Numbered from the stretch's first letter, positions 1 to 10,173 are shown. The stretch: DNA of 64,000 nucleotides from an uncultured Bacteroidota bacterium (GCA_963700635.1 CAVOYH010000003.1:224001-288000); one strand, 5' to 3'. A program made the numbers and translations. Notes: generated from the sequence alone by a model not told the origin.

Positions 1-269
1 ATCGCACCCCGAATACGTGGCACGGCGTACGTTTCAAATTTGACGTTCTGAGCCGGCGTGAACCGGTCCACCGCACTCAGGAGTCCCAGGATGCCAAAAT
101 GCACCACGTCGTCGAATTCCAGACCCTGCGCTCTCCCGTGATGATGCAGCCCGAACTTGCTCACGACATAGCGCACCAGATCGAGATACTGCACGACGAG
201 TTTCCTCTTCAGTTCCGGGGTGCGGATCCGAAGGAACTCATCCCACAGGTATTGTGTCGATTCGTGCAT
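1..269 (-). CDS. fliA: RNA polymerase sigma-28 factor FliA/WhiG (5' part; runs off the window edge)
   Basis: Not in the ORF track. Manual translation from ATG at 269 gives MHESTQYLWDEF...LVVQYLDLVRYVV...EFDDVVHFGILGLLSAVDRF...VKFETYAVPRIRGAI, which is sigma region 2 of the FliA type. Lies downstream of flhF-flhG. Confidence 0.9.
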   Translation of the reverse strand, partial: MHESTQYLWDEFLRIRTPELKRKLVVQYLDLVRYVVSKFGLHHHGRAQGLEFDDVVHFGILGLLSAVDRFTPAQNVKFETYAVPRIRGA

Positions 270-289
270 TGCTCAGATATCCCTGGTTG

Positions 290-565
290 TCATGCTGCCG
301 TCGCCGGGAATTGGGTTGATGAAGACGTCGTTTGATCCGACGCCAGACTTCCTTCCACGCGCGGAGGTGTTTCTGCCGGCATGGGGTGCGGCTTTCTTCT
401 CATGCTCGTCGCCACCATCAAAATCACAATTTGTCCTGTCACGACGGCGATAAAGACGATGAACCCGCGCGCAATAATATCGAACAGAGGGAGACCCTGT
501 GTGCCGAACAGCACGGCCGAGACAAAAAATGCCAGTGCACCGACCTGAATCACCACTTTCGTCAT
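290..565 (-). CDS. Small membrane protein (2 TM) between flhG and fliA
   Basis: Two hydrophobic segments. ATGA overlap with the flhG stop suggests translational coupling. Confidence 0.7.
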   Translation of the reverse strand: MTKVVIQVGALAFFVSAVLFGTQGLPLFDIIARGFIVFIAVVTGQIVILMVATSMRRKPHPMPAETPPRVEGSLASDQTTSSSTQFPATAA

Positions 566-1401
566 AGCGCCACCATACGATTAAGTGAACCCTTCACGTG
601 GTCGTTCACGATTGCATGGGCCAGCGATTGCAGGGACAGCGCCGCAGCCGAGCGCGGATACGAAAGGACCAGCGGGTGCTGCCGGCGGATCGCTTCGCTG
701 ACACGATCATCGCTTGGAACAATTGCGGCACAATGCACTTCGCGACCGAGAAAATGACGCACTGCAGCACGGAGTTTCGTCATGGTTTCCTCTCCCTCCC
801 GAATCGACCGTGCGTTGTTGATCACGAGTTCCACAACCTGCCCCGGCGCATTGATCCCCATGACCTTGATCATGGCATAGGCATCCATCACTGCTGTCGG
901 CTCTGTGGTCGTCACAACAAGCACGCTGTCGGCTTCCTCTCCGTACCGGATGATTTCCGGGGTGAGTCCGGCCGCAGTGTCGATAATCAGCACATCACTC
1001 CTCTGCTCGCGGTCGAGCAGATCGTGCAACAGCGCCATCTGCCGTTCGCCCTCCAACAGCGGAAAGTGTGGCTCCCCCGAACTTCCGGGCAGAAGATGCA
1101 ACCCGGGCGCAAGTGCCACAAGAACGCTTTCCAGATCCTGATCTCCCCGCAGCACGTCACCCAACCGGAACCGGGGCACAACACCCGCCATCACGTCAAG
1201 TCCGGCCAGGTTTGCATCAGCGTCAAAGAGGAGCACCTTTTTGCCCACCATGGCGAGCGAGAGGCCGACATTAAGTGCGACGGTGCTCTTGCCGACTCCC
1301 CCTTTGCCGCTCGTAACGGTCAACACGTACGGCCGGGCCGTCCGGGTGCCTACCTGGTAGGCGCGTGCAAAGCCGCGCATCCGTGTCGCCTGATCATGCA
1401 T
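562..1401 (-). CDS. flhG: MinD/ParA-family flagellar number regulator FlhG/FleN
   Basis: Deviant Walker A (VTSGKGGVGKST), DADANLA and IIDTAAG motifs. The typical N-terminal MxDQAxxLR activator helix places the start at ATG 1401 (track start 1464). Confidence 0.92.
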   Translation of the reverse strand: MHDQATRMRGFARAYQVGTRTARPYVLTVTSGKGGVGKSTVALNVGLSLAMVGKKVLLFDADANLAGLDVMAGVVPRFRLGDVLRGDQDLESVLVALAPGLHLLPGSSGEPHFPLLEGERQMALLHDLLDREQRSDVLIIDTAAGLTPEIIRYGEEADSVLVVTTTEPTAVMDAYAMIKVMGINAPGQVVELVINNARSIREGEETMTKLRAAVRHFLGREVHCAAIVPSDDRVSEAIRRQHPLVLSYPRSAAALSLQSLAHAIVNDHVKGSLNRMVAL

Positions 1402-2650
1402 GAGCCATTTCTCCCGAATACACCATGGCAGCCAGTTGGGGCGCTTCAACCCGGCGAATATCATCGGGCACGGCCTGTCCCGTCGTCACATATGACAGGG
1501 GGAGGTGGTGCCGGTGAACAATACTCAGCAGCGGTCCATAGGTCGCCGCTTCATCCAGCTTTGAAAAAATGAGCCGGTTGGGTTTTACCACCTTAAACTG
1601 ATCGATAATCTCTTCGCAGGTCTTGACGTTGGTGGATGCGTTGAGCACAAGGTGTGTTTCGTCAGGATCAGCAGCGAGCACAAACTTCGCGAGATCGAGC
1701 AGCTCTTTTTTCGACCGCTGGCTGCGCCCGACGGTATCAACAAACACCACGTCTTTCGTCCGGAATTTTTTTAGTGCCGCGGCCATTTCCACGGGTTTGT
1801 AGACCACATCCATCGGGATGTCGGCAATGCCCGCAAACGTGCGCAACTGCTCGATGGCGCCGATTCTGTAGGTATCGGCGGAGATCAGGCCGACATCCAG
1901 ACCGCTCAACAGTTTGTTGATGGCCGCAAGTTTTGCGATGGTCGTGGTTTTGCCGACTCCCGTCGGTCCGACAAGCGCAATAACCCGCGTCTTTTTCCGT
2001 CTCGCCTTCTCCGTCTGGGCAGTCGGAATGATTCCCGCGATCGCTGCCAGGAGCTGTTTTTCCAGATAGGATTTGTTGGTGATCTGGTCCTGATTCATAC
2101 GGGCATATACCGTCTGAATGATGTCCGCGGCCAGATGTTCATCCACATCGTGCTGCACAAGCCGGCCGTATGCTTTCTGGAGGTTGTCCGGAAGGGCGGG
2201 CATGCGCGAGTATTTCAGATGCTCGACGATGGCCAGTAACGTTCCCTTAACATCTTCCATGTCGCTCCGCAGTTCCACGATTTCTGTGGGTTCCGCCCGC
2301 CGCCTGCCTGAAGATCCGGGCCGTACGTCATCGGACTGCCGTTCGCTGAACTGCTCGGCAACGCGGCGAAGTCCCGCGAGGGCGCTCTCTTCATCGAGTC
2401 CTGCCCGCGACTGCTCCAGGTGTTTGTCGAATCCCGCTGCGCCCGACCGTCGCCGGTAGGTATTCTGTACGGCCGGAGGTGTGTCATCGATAGCGCCGGT
2501 CACTTCGTACGCATCACGACCCAGAAAATTGAAGGGGCCGCCCCGTGTGATTTTCCGGCTGCTGATCACTATCGCTTCAGGGCCGAGGTCGACCTTGATC
2601 TGGTCAGTCGCTTCCTTGATGGAATGGGCGACAAATTTCTTAATCCTCAT
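1394..2650 (-). CDS. flhF: SRP-family GTPase FlhF
   Basis: MRIKKF N-terminus; GPTGVGKTTTIAKLAA, DTYRIGAIEQL, DTVGRS, SKLDE and TTGQAVPDDI motifs. Confidence 0.96.
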   Translation of the reverse strand: MRIKKFVAHSIKEATDQIKVDLGPEAIVISSRKITRGGPFNFLGRDAYEVTGAIDDTPPAVQNTYRRRSGAAGFDKHLEQSRAGLDEESALAGLRRVAEQFSERQSDDVRPGSSGRRRAEPTEIVELRSDMEDVKGTLLAIVEHLKYSRMPALPDNLQKAYGRLVQHDVDEHLAADIIQTVYARMNQDQITNKSYLEKQLLAAIAGIIPTAQTEKARRKKTRVIALVGPTGVGKTTTIAKLAAINKLLSGLDVGLISADTYRIGAIEQLRTFAGIADIPMDVVYKPVEMAAALKKFRTKDVVFVDTVGRSQRSKKELLDLAKFVLAADPDETHLVLNASTNVKTCEEIIDQFKVVKPNRLIFSKLDEAATYGPLLSIVHRHHLPLSYVTTGQAVPDDIRRVEAPQLAAMVYSGEMAHA

Positions 2651-4736
2651 AGTCAGCCTCCAGCTTTCCTAGGAACTCTACTTCCGTGTCCGGCGGTAGT
2701 TCCGTGAACGAAAGCACGGCCACACCGGGGAACGATATGTGAATCAATCTGTAAAAATACGGCCGCACCGTGGCCGCGCACAGGATCACGGGGGGATAAC
2801 CGTGATGCTGGGCCAGTTCGATATTCTCGGTTAAGCTTGTATGAATGGACTGAATCGTGCGGGGCGAAAGCCCCAGACTCGGGCTTGTCTCGCGCTGATT
2901 CTGTAAGGCAGAAGTGATCGTCTGCTCCAGCCGCGGATCCATGGCGATCGCATGAATCATCCCCTTGGGATCGCCGTACAAACGCACGATAGTCTCTGAT
3001 AATGAATGGCGCACATACTCGGTCAGCACATCCACATTTTTCGTCACACGCCCATAATCGGCAAGCGCTTCAAGGATGGTGACGAGATCGCGAACCGGAA
3101 TACCTTCTTTAAGTAGATTCTGGAGGACCTTCTGCACCGATCCGGTGGGAAGAAGTTCAGGCGTAAGCTCTTCGACAACTGCGGGATAATCCTTCTTCAA
3201 ATTCTCGATGAGTTTCTTTGTATCCTGCCGTCCCAGGATCCGGTCGGCATTCTTCCGGAGCACTTCCTGCAGATGGGTTGACAACACGGCCGACGGTTCT
3301 ACCACGGTGTAGCCGCAGAGTTCCGCACGTTCACGATGACTACCGGAAATCCATACTGCATGCAGACCGAACGCCGGTTCCCGGACCTCAAGGCCATCAA
3401 GTGCACCGTCCGCACTGCCCGGATTCATCGCCAGAAATCGATCCATCAGGAGGGCCCCAGTCGCGGCAACATTCCCCCGTATCTTCACGACATAGTCGTT
3501 TGGATCCAATTGCAGGTTGTCGCGTACCCGCACGGGTGGTATCACGATGCCAAGATCAATCGCCAGCTGCCGGCGCATGTTGGTGATGCGGGCGAACAGA
3601 TCGCCGTCCCGTGCTTCATCCACAAGTGAAATCAAGCCGTATCCGATTTCCAGTTCAACCGGATCAACCTGGAGATAATCCTCGACCCGTTCCTCCTTTG
3701 GCGCAGCGGCGGCAGCAGGGATGGTTGCCGCATCAGCAGCCGTTCGGCGGTCCCGTGTTTTTACATAGCCGATTCCGCCGGTGAACATAGCCATGAGGAG
3801 GAAAGGCAGTGTCGGCATTCCTGGGACAATCGCAAAGAGAAAGAGGGCGCCGGAAGCGATGAGCATCGTCTTCGGCCTGCCGAAGATCTGACTCCGGATT
3901 TCCATGTCAAAAGCGTTTCCGGCAGCGCTGCGTGTGACGATCATACCCGAAGCGACCGCGACAATAAGAGCCGGAATCTGGGTTACGAGGCCATCTCCGA
4001 CGGTGAGGAGCGTGTACCTCTGCAGGGCATCGGAAAACGGCATGCCGCGTTGCGCCACCCCTATCACAAATCCGCCCACGATATTGACAATATTGATGAG
4101 GAGTCCCGCGATCGCGTCCCCCTTGACAAACTTACTCGCGCCGTCCATGGCACCGTAGAACTCGGCCTCCCGGGAAATTTCCCGTCTCCGGTCGCGTGCT
4201 TCCTTCTCTGTAATCATCCCTGCATTCAGGTCGGCATCAATAGCCATCTGCTTGCCGGGCATTCCATCCAGCGTGAAGCGGGCTGCGACCTCGGAGATCC
4301 GGCCGGCGCCCTTGACAATGACGATAAACTGTATCAAGACAAGAATCAGGAAGATGATGAACCCGACCACGTAATTCCCCTTCACCACGAACGAACCGAA
4401 TGCCATGATGACTTCTCCGGCATATCCATCGCCCAGGACCAGACGGGTCGAAGCGACGTTCAGGCCAAGCCGGAAAATCGTCAGGATCAGCAAGAGACCG
4501 GGGAACACAGAGATCTCCAGGGGGTTGGTCAGGTACATGGAGACCATAAGGACAAGGATGGCGATCGTAATGTTAGCAGCCAGGAGCACATCCAGCATGA
4601 ATGCGGGGATCGGGATGATCAGCAGCGCGAGGATGAAGATCACGCTGACAGCGAGCAAGACATCGCTGTTCGCACCCATCACCCTGAGCGGGGTGTTCCA
4701 GATCGAGCGTCCCTGTATTGTCGCAAGTGCGTCCAT
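2640..4736 (-). CDS. flhA: Flagellar export gate protein FlhA
   Basis: FHIPEP motifs EVAARFTLDGMPGKQMAIDADL and EFYGAMDGASKFVKGDA; multiple TM segments; C-terminal cytoplasmic domain. Confidence 0.97.
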   Translation of the reverse strand: MDALATIQGRSIWNTPLRVMGANSDVLLAVSVIFILALLIIPIPAFMLDVLLAANITIAILVLMVSMYLTNPLEISVFPGLLLILTIFRLGLNVASTRLVLGDGYAGEVIMAFGSFVVKGNYVVGFIIFLILVLIQFIVIVKGAGRISEVAARFTLDGMPGKQMAIDADLNAGMITEKEARDRRREISREAEFYGAMDGASKFVKGDAIAGLLINIVNIVGGFVIGVAQRGMPFSDALQRYTLLTVGDGLVTQIPALIVAVASGMIVTRSAAGNAFDMEIRSQIFGRPKTMLIASGALFLFAIVPGMPTLPFLLMAMFTGGIGYVKTRDRRTAADAATIPAAAAAPKEERVEDYLQVDPVELEIGYGLISLVDEARDGDLFARITNMRRQLAIDLGIVIPPVRVRDNLQLDPNDYVVKIRGNVAATGALLMDRFLAMNPGSADGALDGLEVREPAFGLHAVWISGSHRERAELCGYTVVEPSAVLSTHLQEVLRKNADRILGRQDTKKLIENLKKDYPAVVEELTPELLPTGSVQKVLQNLLKEGIPVRDLVTILEALADYGRVTKNVDVLTEYVRHSLSETIVRLYGDPKGMIHAIAMDPRLEQTITSALQNQRETSPSLGLSPRTIQSIHTSLTENIELAQHHGYPPVILCAATVRPYFYRLIHISFPGVAVLSFTELPPDTEVEFLGKLEADYED

Positions 4737-4740
4737 GTTG

Positions 4741-5826
4741 TCAGTTCATTGCGTACGTGTTCGACGACTGTTTGACCTTGTAGATATATGCCAGCAACTG
4801 TGCGATCGCCTGGAAGAGTTTTTCCGGGACTTCCTGCCCGATTTCCACGGACCGGTACAACGCCTGGGCCAGCGGGCGGTCTTCCACAATGGGAACGTGG
4901 TGCGCCTTGGCGATTTCCCGGATTTTTAGTGCTATAAGATCTGCTCCTTTTGCCACAACCCTAGGCGCGTTCATTTCTTCCGCGTCATACCGGAGCGCCA
5001 CCGCAAGATGTGTGGGGTTTGTCACGACGACGTCCGCCTTCGGAACATCCTGCATCATGCGTCGATACGCGATCCGGCGCTGGATACTGCGAACCCGGCT
5101 CTTCACCATGGGATCACCTTCCATCGCCTTGTTCTCTTCTTTCACTTCCTCCTTGCTCATACGCAGATCCCGCTCGTGTTCAAACCGCTGAAAGAAAAAG
5201 TCAAGAATCGCCAGAACCAGAAATGCCAGTCCCGCCTTAATACCGAGTCCGAAAGCGGTCTCACCAAGAAAACCGAGAAGGGCGGTTGGATCGCTGCCCA
5301 CCAGGGTCGGGGTCTCCACAATCACCCCCTCCAGAGAAGAGTAGGCCACCGTTCCCACGACGAACACCTTCACGAGGCTCTTCGAGAGTTCCATGAGGGA
5401 TCGGCGAGAGATGAGTATTTTCTTAATCCCGTTCAGCGGGTTAAGTTTGCTGAATTGTGGTTTGAGCACTTCCGGTGAGTACACGAAGCCAACCTGAAGG
5501 TAGGAGGCGGTTAGTCCGACCACCATAATCCCGAAAATAATCGGGGCCAACAACATGCCCAGGCTCACCACACCGGATCCGACGAGATGGTGAAGCGTCT
5601 CCACCGTAACAGGCAAGGACCCTGCCCGGATAAACGTCGCCCGCGCAATTTCGGCCAGGCCGTTGACCAGTGCTCCCCCCGCGAAGTAGAGGATGAGCAG
5701 ACCGAACATGAGAACGAACGCGGAATTCAGCTCCACGCTGCGGGCGATCTTGCCCTTGCGTTTCGCCTCTTCGCGTTTGCGATCACTCGCTGGTTCGGTT
5801 TTTTCCTGGAACGACTCTTCAGCCAT
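4741..5826 (-). CDS. flhB: Flagellar export switch protein FlhB
   Basis: EKTEP N-terminus, EGDP, and the NPTH autocleavage motif. Confidence 0.97.
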   Translation of the reverse strand: MAEESFQEKTEPASDRKREEAKRKGKIARSVELNSAFVLMFGLLILYFAGGALVNGLAEIARATFIRAGSLPVTVETLHHLVGSGVVSLGMLLAPIIFGIMVVGLTASYLQVGFVYSPEVLKPQFSKLNPLNGIKKILISRRSLMELSKSLVKVFVVGTVAYSSLEGVIVETPTLVGSDPTALLGFLGETAFGLGIKAGLAFLVLAILDFFFQRFEHERDLRMSKEEVKEENKAMEGDPMVKSRVRSIQRRIAYRRMMQDVPKADVVVTNPTHLAVALRYDAEEMNAPRVVAKGADLIALKIREIAKAHHVPIVEDRPLAQALYRSVEIGQEVPEKLFQAIAQLLAYIYKVKQSSNTYAMN

Positions 5827-5830
5827 GATC

Positions 5831-6595
5831 CTACATCACCCGGATAAGTTGTACCACATCCTCCTCAAACCCGGCAAGGAGGCTCTTAAAAGCATACACC
5901 AGAAACGGCGCGGCGGTCATCAGCACAACGAGTCCGATGCCGATCTTGACAGGGAAGCTCATCATGAACACATTCACTTGTGGAGCCACCCGCGAGAGAA
6001 TTGCCAGAGACACGTTGATAAGAAATGACGCCACAATGATCGGTGCTGCACACTTTAGCGCGACCATAAACAGGATACCCGACAGTGCCACCAGCTGTTC
6101 CGCCACCGCGCCGTGTATAACAAAACCGCTGATCGGCACAGCTTCATAGCTCAGCACCATGGCCTGCAGCACAAAATGATGTCCGTTCATCTGCATGAAC
6201 ACGAGCAGCATGACGAGGTACAGGAATCCACCGATCACATTGTTCGGACCTGTCTCCGGATCAAACGCCGTGGCAATGGAAAGCCCGAGGTCAAAACCGA
6301 TGAGTTCGCCCGCCGCCCGCACTCCCGCGAACACGAGACCGATGGCAAACCCGATAACCAACCCCGTAACCACCTCCTGAACCGCAAGAACAAAAAGGGC
6401 AACAAGGTGCAGATCCATCACCGGCGGTTGGACCGCCAGAACCGGGTAGAGCACGATAGCCATAAAAACACCCAGCGCAATTTTTACCTGGACAGGAACG
6501 CTCAGGTGCCCGAGTACAGGTGCAAGCGCGATCACCGCCGTACACCGGAGGAAAAGAAGCAGATAGAGCACCAGTTGGAGCGCGTAGATTTCCAT
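5831..6595 (-). CDS. fliR: Flagellar export protein FliR
   Basis: Multi-TM protein with AGELIG, NGHH and RVAPQVNVF...FPVKI motifs; position in the operon. Confidence 0.95.
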   Translation of the reverse strand: MEIYALQLVLYLLLFLRCTAVIALAPVLGHLSVPVQVKIALGVFMAIVLYPVLAVQPPVMDLHLVALFVLAVQEVVTGLVIGFAIGLVFAGVRAAGELIGFDLGLSIATAFDPETGPNNVIGGFLYLVMLLVFMQMNGHHFVLQAMVLSYEAVPISGFVIHGAVAEQLVALSGILFMVALKCAAPIIVASFLINVSLAILSRVAPQVNVFMMSFPVKIGIGLVVLMTAAPFLVYAFKSLLAGFEEDVVQLIRVM

Positions 6596-6598
6596 GAC

Positions 6599-6868
6599 TT
6601 ATCGGCCCATCAGGGGTATCTGGCTGAACACGTTTATGGTAAAGCTGATCATGATGCCCATCATCCATGGCAGCGTCAGGACAGCCACGATCGCCACAAC
6701 GATGATCTTGGGAACGAATGTCAGCGTGATCTCCTGAATCGAAGTGGCGGCCTGGAATACGGCAATACACAGACCCACGATCAGGGAAATAACAAGCATC
6801 GGCGATGACACCAGGAGCATCGTGTAGAACGCTTCACGAAACAGATACACTACCAATTGTTCAGTCAT
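6599..6868 (-). CDS. fliQ: Flagellar export protein FliQ
   Basis: FQAATSIQEITLTFVPKI motif. Confidence 0.96.
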   Translation of the reverse strand: MTEQLVVYLFREAFYTMLLVSSPMLVISLIVGLCIAVFQAATSIQEITLTFVPKIIVVAIVAVLTLPWMMGIMISFTINVFSQIPLMGR

Positions 6869-6890
6869 CGTCGTCTTTCTTCCTCACCGT

Positions 6891-7640
6891 CTATCGAAAA
6901 CTCTCAAGGAGCGACCGGATCACCAGATGCCATCCATCAACCAGAATGAACAGGAGTATCTTGAACGGCAGCGAGATGAGCACGGGTGGCAGCATCATCA
7001 TTCCCATCGACAACAGGATGCTGGAAATCACCAGATCGATCACTAGAAACGGGATAAACAGGAGGAACCCGATCTGGAAACCAATACGCAGCTCACTGAT
7101 GGCATACGCCGGTATGAGGGCATGCATGGGGACGTCGTCGCGGGACTGGGGTTTGTCCACACTGGCCAGCCTCACAAAAAGCGCCAGGTCCTCCTCACGT
7201 GTCTGCTTGAGCATGAACTCGCGCAGGGGCACGACGCCCCGGTCATATGCCTGCTGCAAGGTAATCGTACTGCTCATGTAGGGTTGAAGAGCTTCCTCGT
7301 TCACGCGCGACCAGGTCGGGCCCATGACAAAGAACGTGAGAAACATCGCCAGACCGATTAGCACCTGGGCAGGTGGCACCTGCTGTGTGCCCATTGCCTG
7401 ACGCAGAAAATGAAGAACGACCACGATTCTTGTAAACGCTGTTGTCAGAATGAGGATCGCCGGAGCCAGGGACAGAATGGTCATCAGGAAGAGAATCTGC
7501 AGCGTCACGGACACATCTTCAGGCTTGGTTGCCTTTCCCAGTTCCACCGATACCTTCGGGAGGGGAATAACTTTGTCCTGGGCATCCACGGCTCCCGCCA
7601 CGACCACCAGCAGCAGCATCACCACGAGCAACCGTTTCAT
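6891..7640 (-). CDS. fliP: Flagellar export protein FliP
   Basis: Signal peptide; FTRIVVVL...LRQAMG..Q.PP and [23 protein letters not shown] motifs. Confidence 0.97.
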   Translation of the reverse strand: MKRLLVVMLLLVVVAGAVDAQDKVIPLPKVSVELGKATKPEDVSVTLQILFLMTILSLAPAILILTTAFTRIVVVLHFLRQAMGTQQVPPAQVLIGLAMFLTFFVMGPTWSRVNEEALQPYMSSTITLQQAYDRGVVPLREFMLKQTREEDLALFVRLASVDKPQSRDDVPMHALIPAYAISELRIGFQIGFLLFIPFLVIDLVISSILLSMGMMMLPPVLISLPFKILLFILVDGWHLVIRSLLESFR

Positions 7641-8020
7641 ACGTTCTTCTTCTCCAGCTTCCTGTTGACCATGGTATTCAGCGTGGTCTGAAGCTGGGCT
7701 GCGAATCCACCCATCTTCCCCTGATGAAGCGACGTCATTGAGGGCGTTTCGGGCACAGACAGATCTTCGTCTGCAAGTTCCGTCAGCATCTGCATCCCCT
7801 GTTCGCTGATGCCCACGACGAGGATTTTATCCGCGACCTTCAGCACTACAACCGACTTCTTAGGCTGGAGCGATTTTCTGCCGAGGACATGGATGGGGAC
7901 GGAGAGTCCCGCAGGGACTCCGCCGGGAAGCACAAAACGTTTCAGGACGTACACCAACCCGAACATGAGGGCCAGCACAGCCCCGAGCGAAAGCAGCATT
8001 TTCAGGAAGACCCATTCCAT
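7637..8020 (-). CDS. fliO: Flagellar biogenesis protein FliO
   Basis: Single N-terminal TM followed by a beta-rich FliO domain; lies between fliN and fliP. Confidence 0.85.
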   Translation of the reverse strand: MEWVFLKMLLSLGAVLALMFGLVYVLKRFVLPGGVPAGLSVPIHVLGRKSLQPKKSVVVLKVADKILVVGISEQGMQMLTELADEDLSVPETPSMTSLHQGKMGGFAAQLQTTLNTMVNRKLEKKNV

Positions 8021-8023
8021 GGA

Positions 8024-8431
8024 TTACCGTCCGAGCCCCTTCACACGCTCCGAAGTTTCAACAAGATTGGTGATTCTGATGCCAAAGTGCTTTTCGATCA
8101 CGACCACCTCACCCTCGGCCATTTTTTTGCCGTTGATAAGCACATCAACTGGTTCGCTGGCAAGTTTTTCGAATTCCACTACCGACCCCCGTTGTAGATC
8201 GAGGATATCGCGGATCAGCATGTTGGTCCGACCCAGTTCAATGGCGACAGGAAGTGTCAGATCCATCAACAGGTCGAGTTTCCGGTCCCTATCGACTTCC
8301 TGGGTTGCCGTCGCTTCCACTGACTGAAACTGCGCGCTCCGCACTTCCAGGGCGGGCTCGCTTCCCGTGTCCAGCGCTTCTCCCGCCACGGGGGAGGGGT
8401 TTTCACTCTCTGCTGCCATTGACTCTTGCAT
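8024..8431 (-). CDS. fliN: C-ring switch protein FliN
   Basis: SpoA domain: LLMDL.L.V.IELGR...GEVVVI...FGIRIT. Confidence 0.95.
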   Translation of the reverse strand: MQESMAAESENPSPVAGEALDTGSEPALEVRSAQFQSVEATATQEVDRDRKLDLLMDLTLPVAIELGRTNMLIRDILDLQRGSVVEFEKLASEPVDVLINGKKMAEGEVVVIEKHFGIRITNLVETSERVKGLGR

Positions 8432-8437
8432 ACCCGT

Positions 8438-9436
8438 CTATGCTCCTGATGACTGATCCCGTAGTACTTTTGAAACCTTGATAGCCATTTTGCCTTTGGA
8501 AATTCCCGGCCGGCCCAATGCCCTGGTTGTTCCTCCGATTTGCAGCTGCAGCTCGCCGGTGAGAGGGATGTTCGTGCGCAGGATATCACCCGGTTCGAGA
8601 TGGAGCAGCTCGCGCAATGTCAGTCCGGTCTCACCCAGGACCGCCACCGCTTCCACCTGCGTGGTTCCGATCTGCCGGAGAATCGGGGCACGCCATTCAT
8701 TGTTTCCCTTCACCGTGTTGATGCCGCTAAAATGCTGCACGTTCAGTTTTGCGAGAACATCTTCGAGGGCAAACGTCGGAAAACAGAGATTCATCATATA
8801 CTTCTGCGTGCCGATGATCACTTCAAACGAAACAACCATCACAATTTCACTCGCCGGCGCAATCTGGACAAAATCTCCCTCAATTTCGTAACGTTCGAGC
8901 TTGAACGTAAGCTCGACCACGGTCTTCCACGCACGCTGGATTTCCACCAGGGCGTGCTGGATAATACCCTTCACGATACTTTGTTCAATTTTGGTGATCG
9001 ACCGTGTATTCTTTTCCCCTTCTGCAATTCCGCCCATCAGGTGTTCCACCATCGCGAGCAGAAGTTGTGGGCTCACCTCAAGCACGGCAAGGGCGTCCGA
9101 TTCGACAATGCGGAATACATACAGGGAATTCGGGCTGGCGATCGAGAGAACATATTCCGAGTAGAACAGCTGATCGACTGAGGCGACGTTGATCATCACG
9201 TTGGTTTGCAGGCGGGAGGCGAGATAGGTGCCGAACGTCTCACCAAAACTCTCGTGCACAGCCTGAAATGTCCGGAGCTGGTTCTTGGAAAGGCGGTGCG
9301 GTAACCGGAAATCGAATGTGATCGGCTCCTTCCCGGCTGCCGGGTTTCCAGCCGGCGTTTCAACCGCATCAATCTGCCCGGTGGATATCCCGGATAACAA
9401 GCTGCCAATTTCCTGCTGTGAAAGGATTTCCGGCAC
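8438..9436 (-). CDS. fliM: C-ring switch protein FliM
   Basis: N-terminal ILSQQEI, FDFR.P, CheC-like middle domain and C-terminal SpoA domain. Confidence 0.95.
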   Translation of the reverse strand: MPEILSQQEIGSLLSGISTGQIDAVETPAGNPAAGKEPITFDFRLPHRLSKNQLRTFQAVHESFGETFGTYLASRLQTNVMINVASVDQLFYSEYVLSIASPNSLYVFRIVESDALAVLEVSPQLLLAMVEHLMGGIAEGEKNTRSITKIEQSIVKGIIQHALVEIQRAWKTVVELTFKLERYEIEGDFVQIAPASEIVMVVSFEVIIGTQKYMMNLCFPTFALEDVLAKLNVQHFSGINTVKGNNEWRAPILRQIGTTQVEAVAVLGETGLTLRELLHLEPGDILRTNIPLTGELQLQIGGTTRALGRPGISKGKMAIKVSKVLRDQSSGA

Positions 9437-9446
9437 TGGGTGCTCG

Positions 9447-9998
9447 CTACTGAATGATGAATTTGCTGAAATAGACGTTTGTCAAGGTGCCGCTGCGAAG
9501 CAACTCGCCGGCCTTCCGTGCAATTTCCAGACGTAACTCGTCACGCTGTTCGACCATGGATAACGACACAAGATCTTTTGCAGTCAGAACAGTAGTCAAC
9601 ATATCGCGCACCTGAATATCTTTTGATTCAAGTTCTTTTTTGGCTTCCGGAGACGACACTTCAAATCCCACCGTGGTGAGGAGAAATCGTGTGCCGTTGG
9701 TACCTGCAGGATTGACGATGACATCTTTTACGACATAGATGCTCGCCTCCCCGGCTCCACTGCCGAGTCCTCCCGAAACCTCCGCACCGTGTCCCACTGT
9801 CCCTCCGGCACTCGTCTGTTCCGATGCCGAGACAGATGACGGAGCAAAGACTTTCGTGATCAGGAAATAGACCACAACCAGCTGGACAACAAAGACGGGA
9901 ATGCCGAAGAGGAGGAGCTTCTTCATCGGCATACCGCTTTTCTCAGCGGTTTCGGTCGGTGTTTCGGGCTGCGGCGCAGCTTCCGGTGTTTTAGCCAT
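9447..9998 (-). CDS. fliL: Flagellar basal body-associated protein FliL
   Basis: N-terminal TM; IVNPAGT.G.RFL and VYFSKFIIQ motifs. Confidence 0.92.
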   Translation of the reverse strand: MAKTPEAAPQPETPTETAEKSGMPMKKLLLFGIPVFVVQLVVVYFLITKVFAPSSVSASEQTSAGGTVGHGAEVSGGLGSGAGEASIYVVKDVIVNPAGTNGTRFLLTTVGFEVSSPEAKKELESKDIQVRDMLTTVLTAKDLVSLSMVEQRDELRLEIARKAGELLRSGTLTNVYFSKFIIQ

Positions 9999-10035
9999 GG
10001 AATCGCAAGGTAGTTGTGAGACTCATACCAGCATT

Positions 10036-10052
10036 GGTCAAAACACGTGCCA
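10036..10052 (-). promoter_or_regulatory. Putative sigma54 (-24/-12) promoter of the fliL operon
   Basis: Minus strand TGGCACGTGTTTTGACC. GG-N10 spacing is correct, but the -12 reads TTGA instead of TTGC. A matching element lies upstream of the flgB operon. Confidence 0.7.
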
Positions 10053-10125
10053 CGGACCAGCCCTGCAAGAGGCCAAAACTAAATGAATTCTGGGGAGTAG
10101 GGAGGGAATATCGAGAGAAGTTGGA

Positions 10126-10139
10126 GGCTAATATTAGCC
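10126..10139. promoter_or_regulatory. Palindromic upstream activator site (putative bEBP enhancer)
   Basis: Perfect palindrome GGCTAATATTAGCC, 74 bp upstream of the -24 TGGCAC. The same spacing occurs at 22274. Confidence 0.65.
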
Positions 10140-10173
10140 AGATGGTGGCAGAAAAAGACCGTACGTGCCAGAA

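Noticed and set aside
598-1572. Long plus-strand ORFs (e.g. 598..1572, 32550..34286, 32827..33903, 43701..44582, 49274..50200)
   Set aside because: They are antisense shadows of well-supported minus-strand genes in GC-rich DNA and show no recognisable motifs. No plus-strand gene is supported in the window.
10154-10170. Second TGGCAC near the fliL promoter (TGGCACGTACGGTCTT)
   Set aside because: No -12 element at the required spacing.
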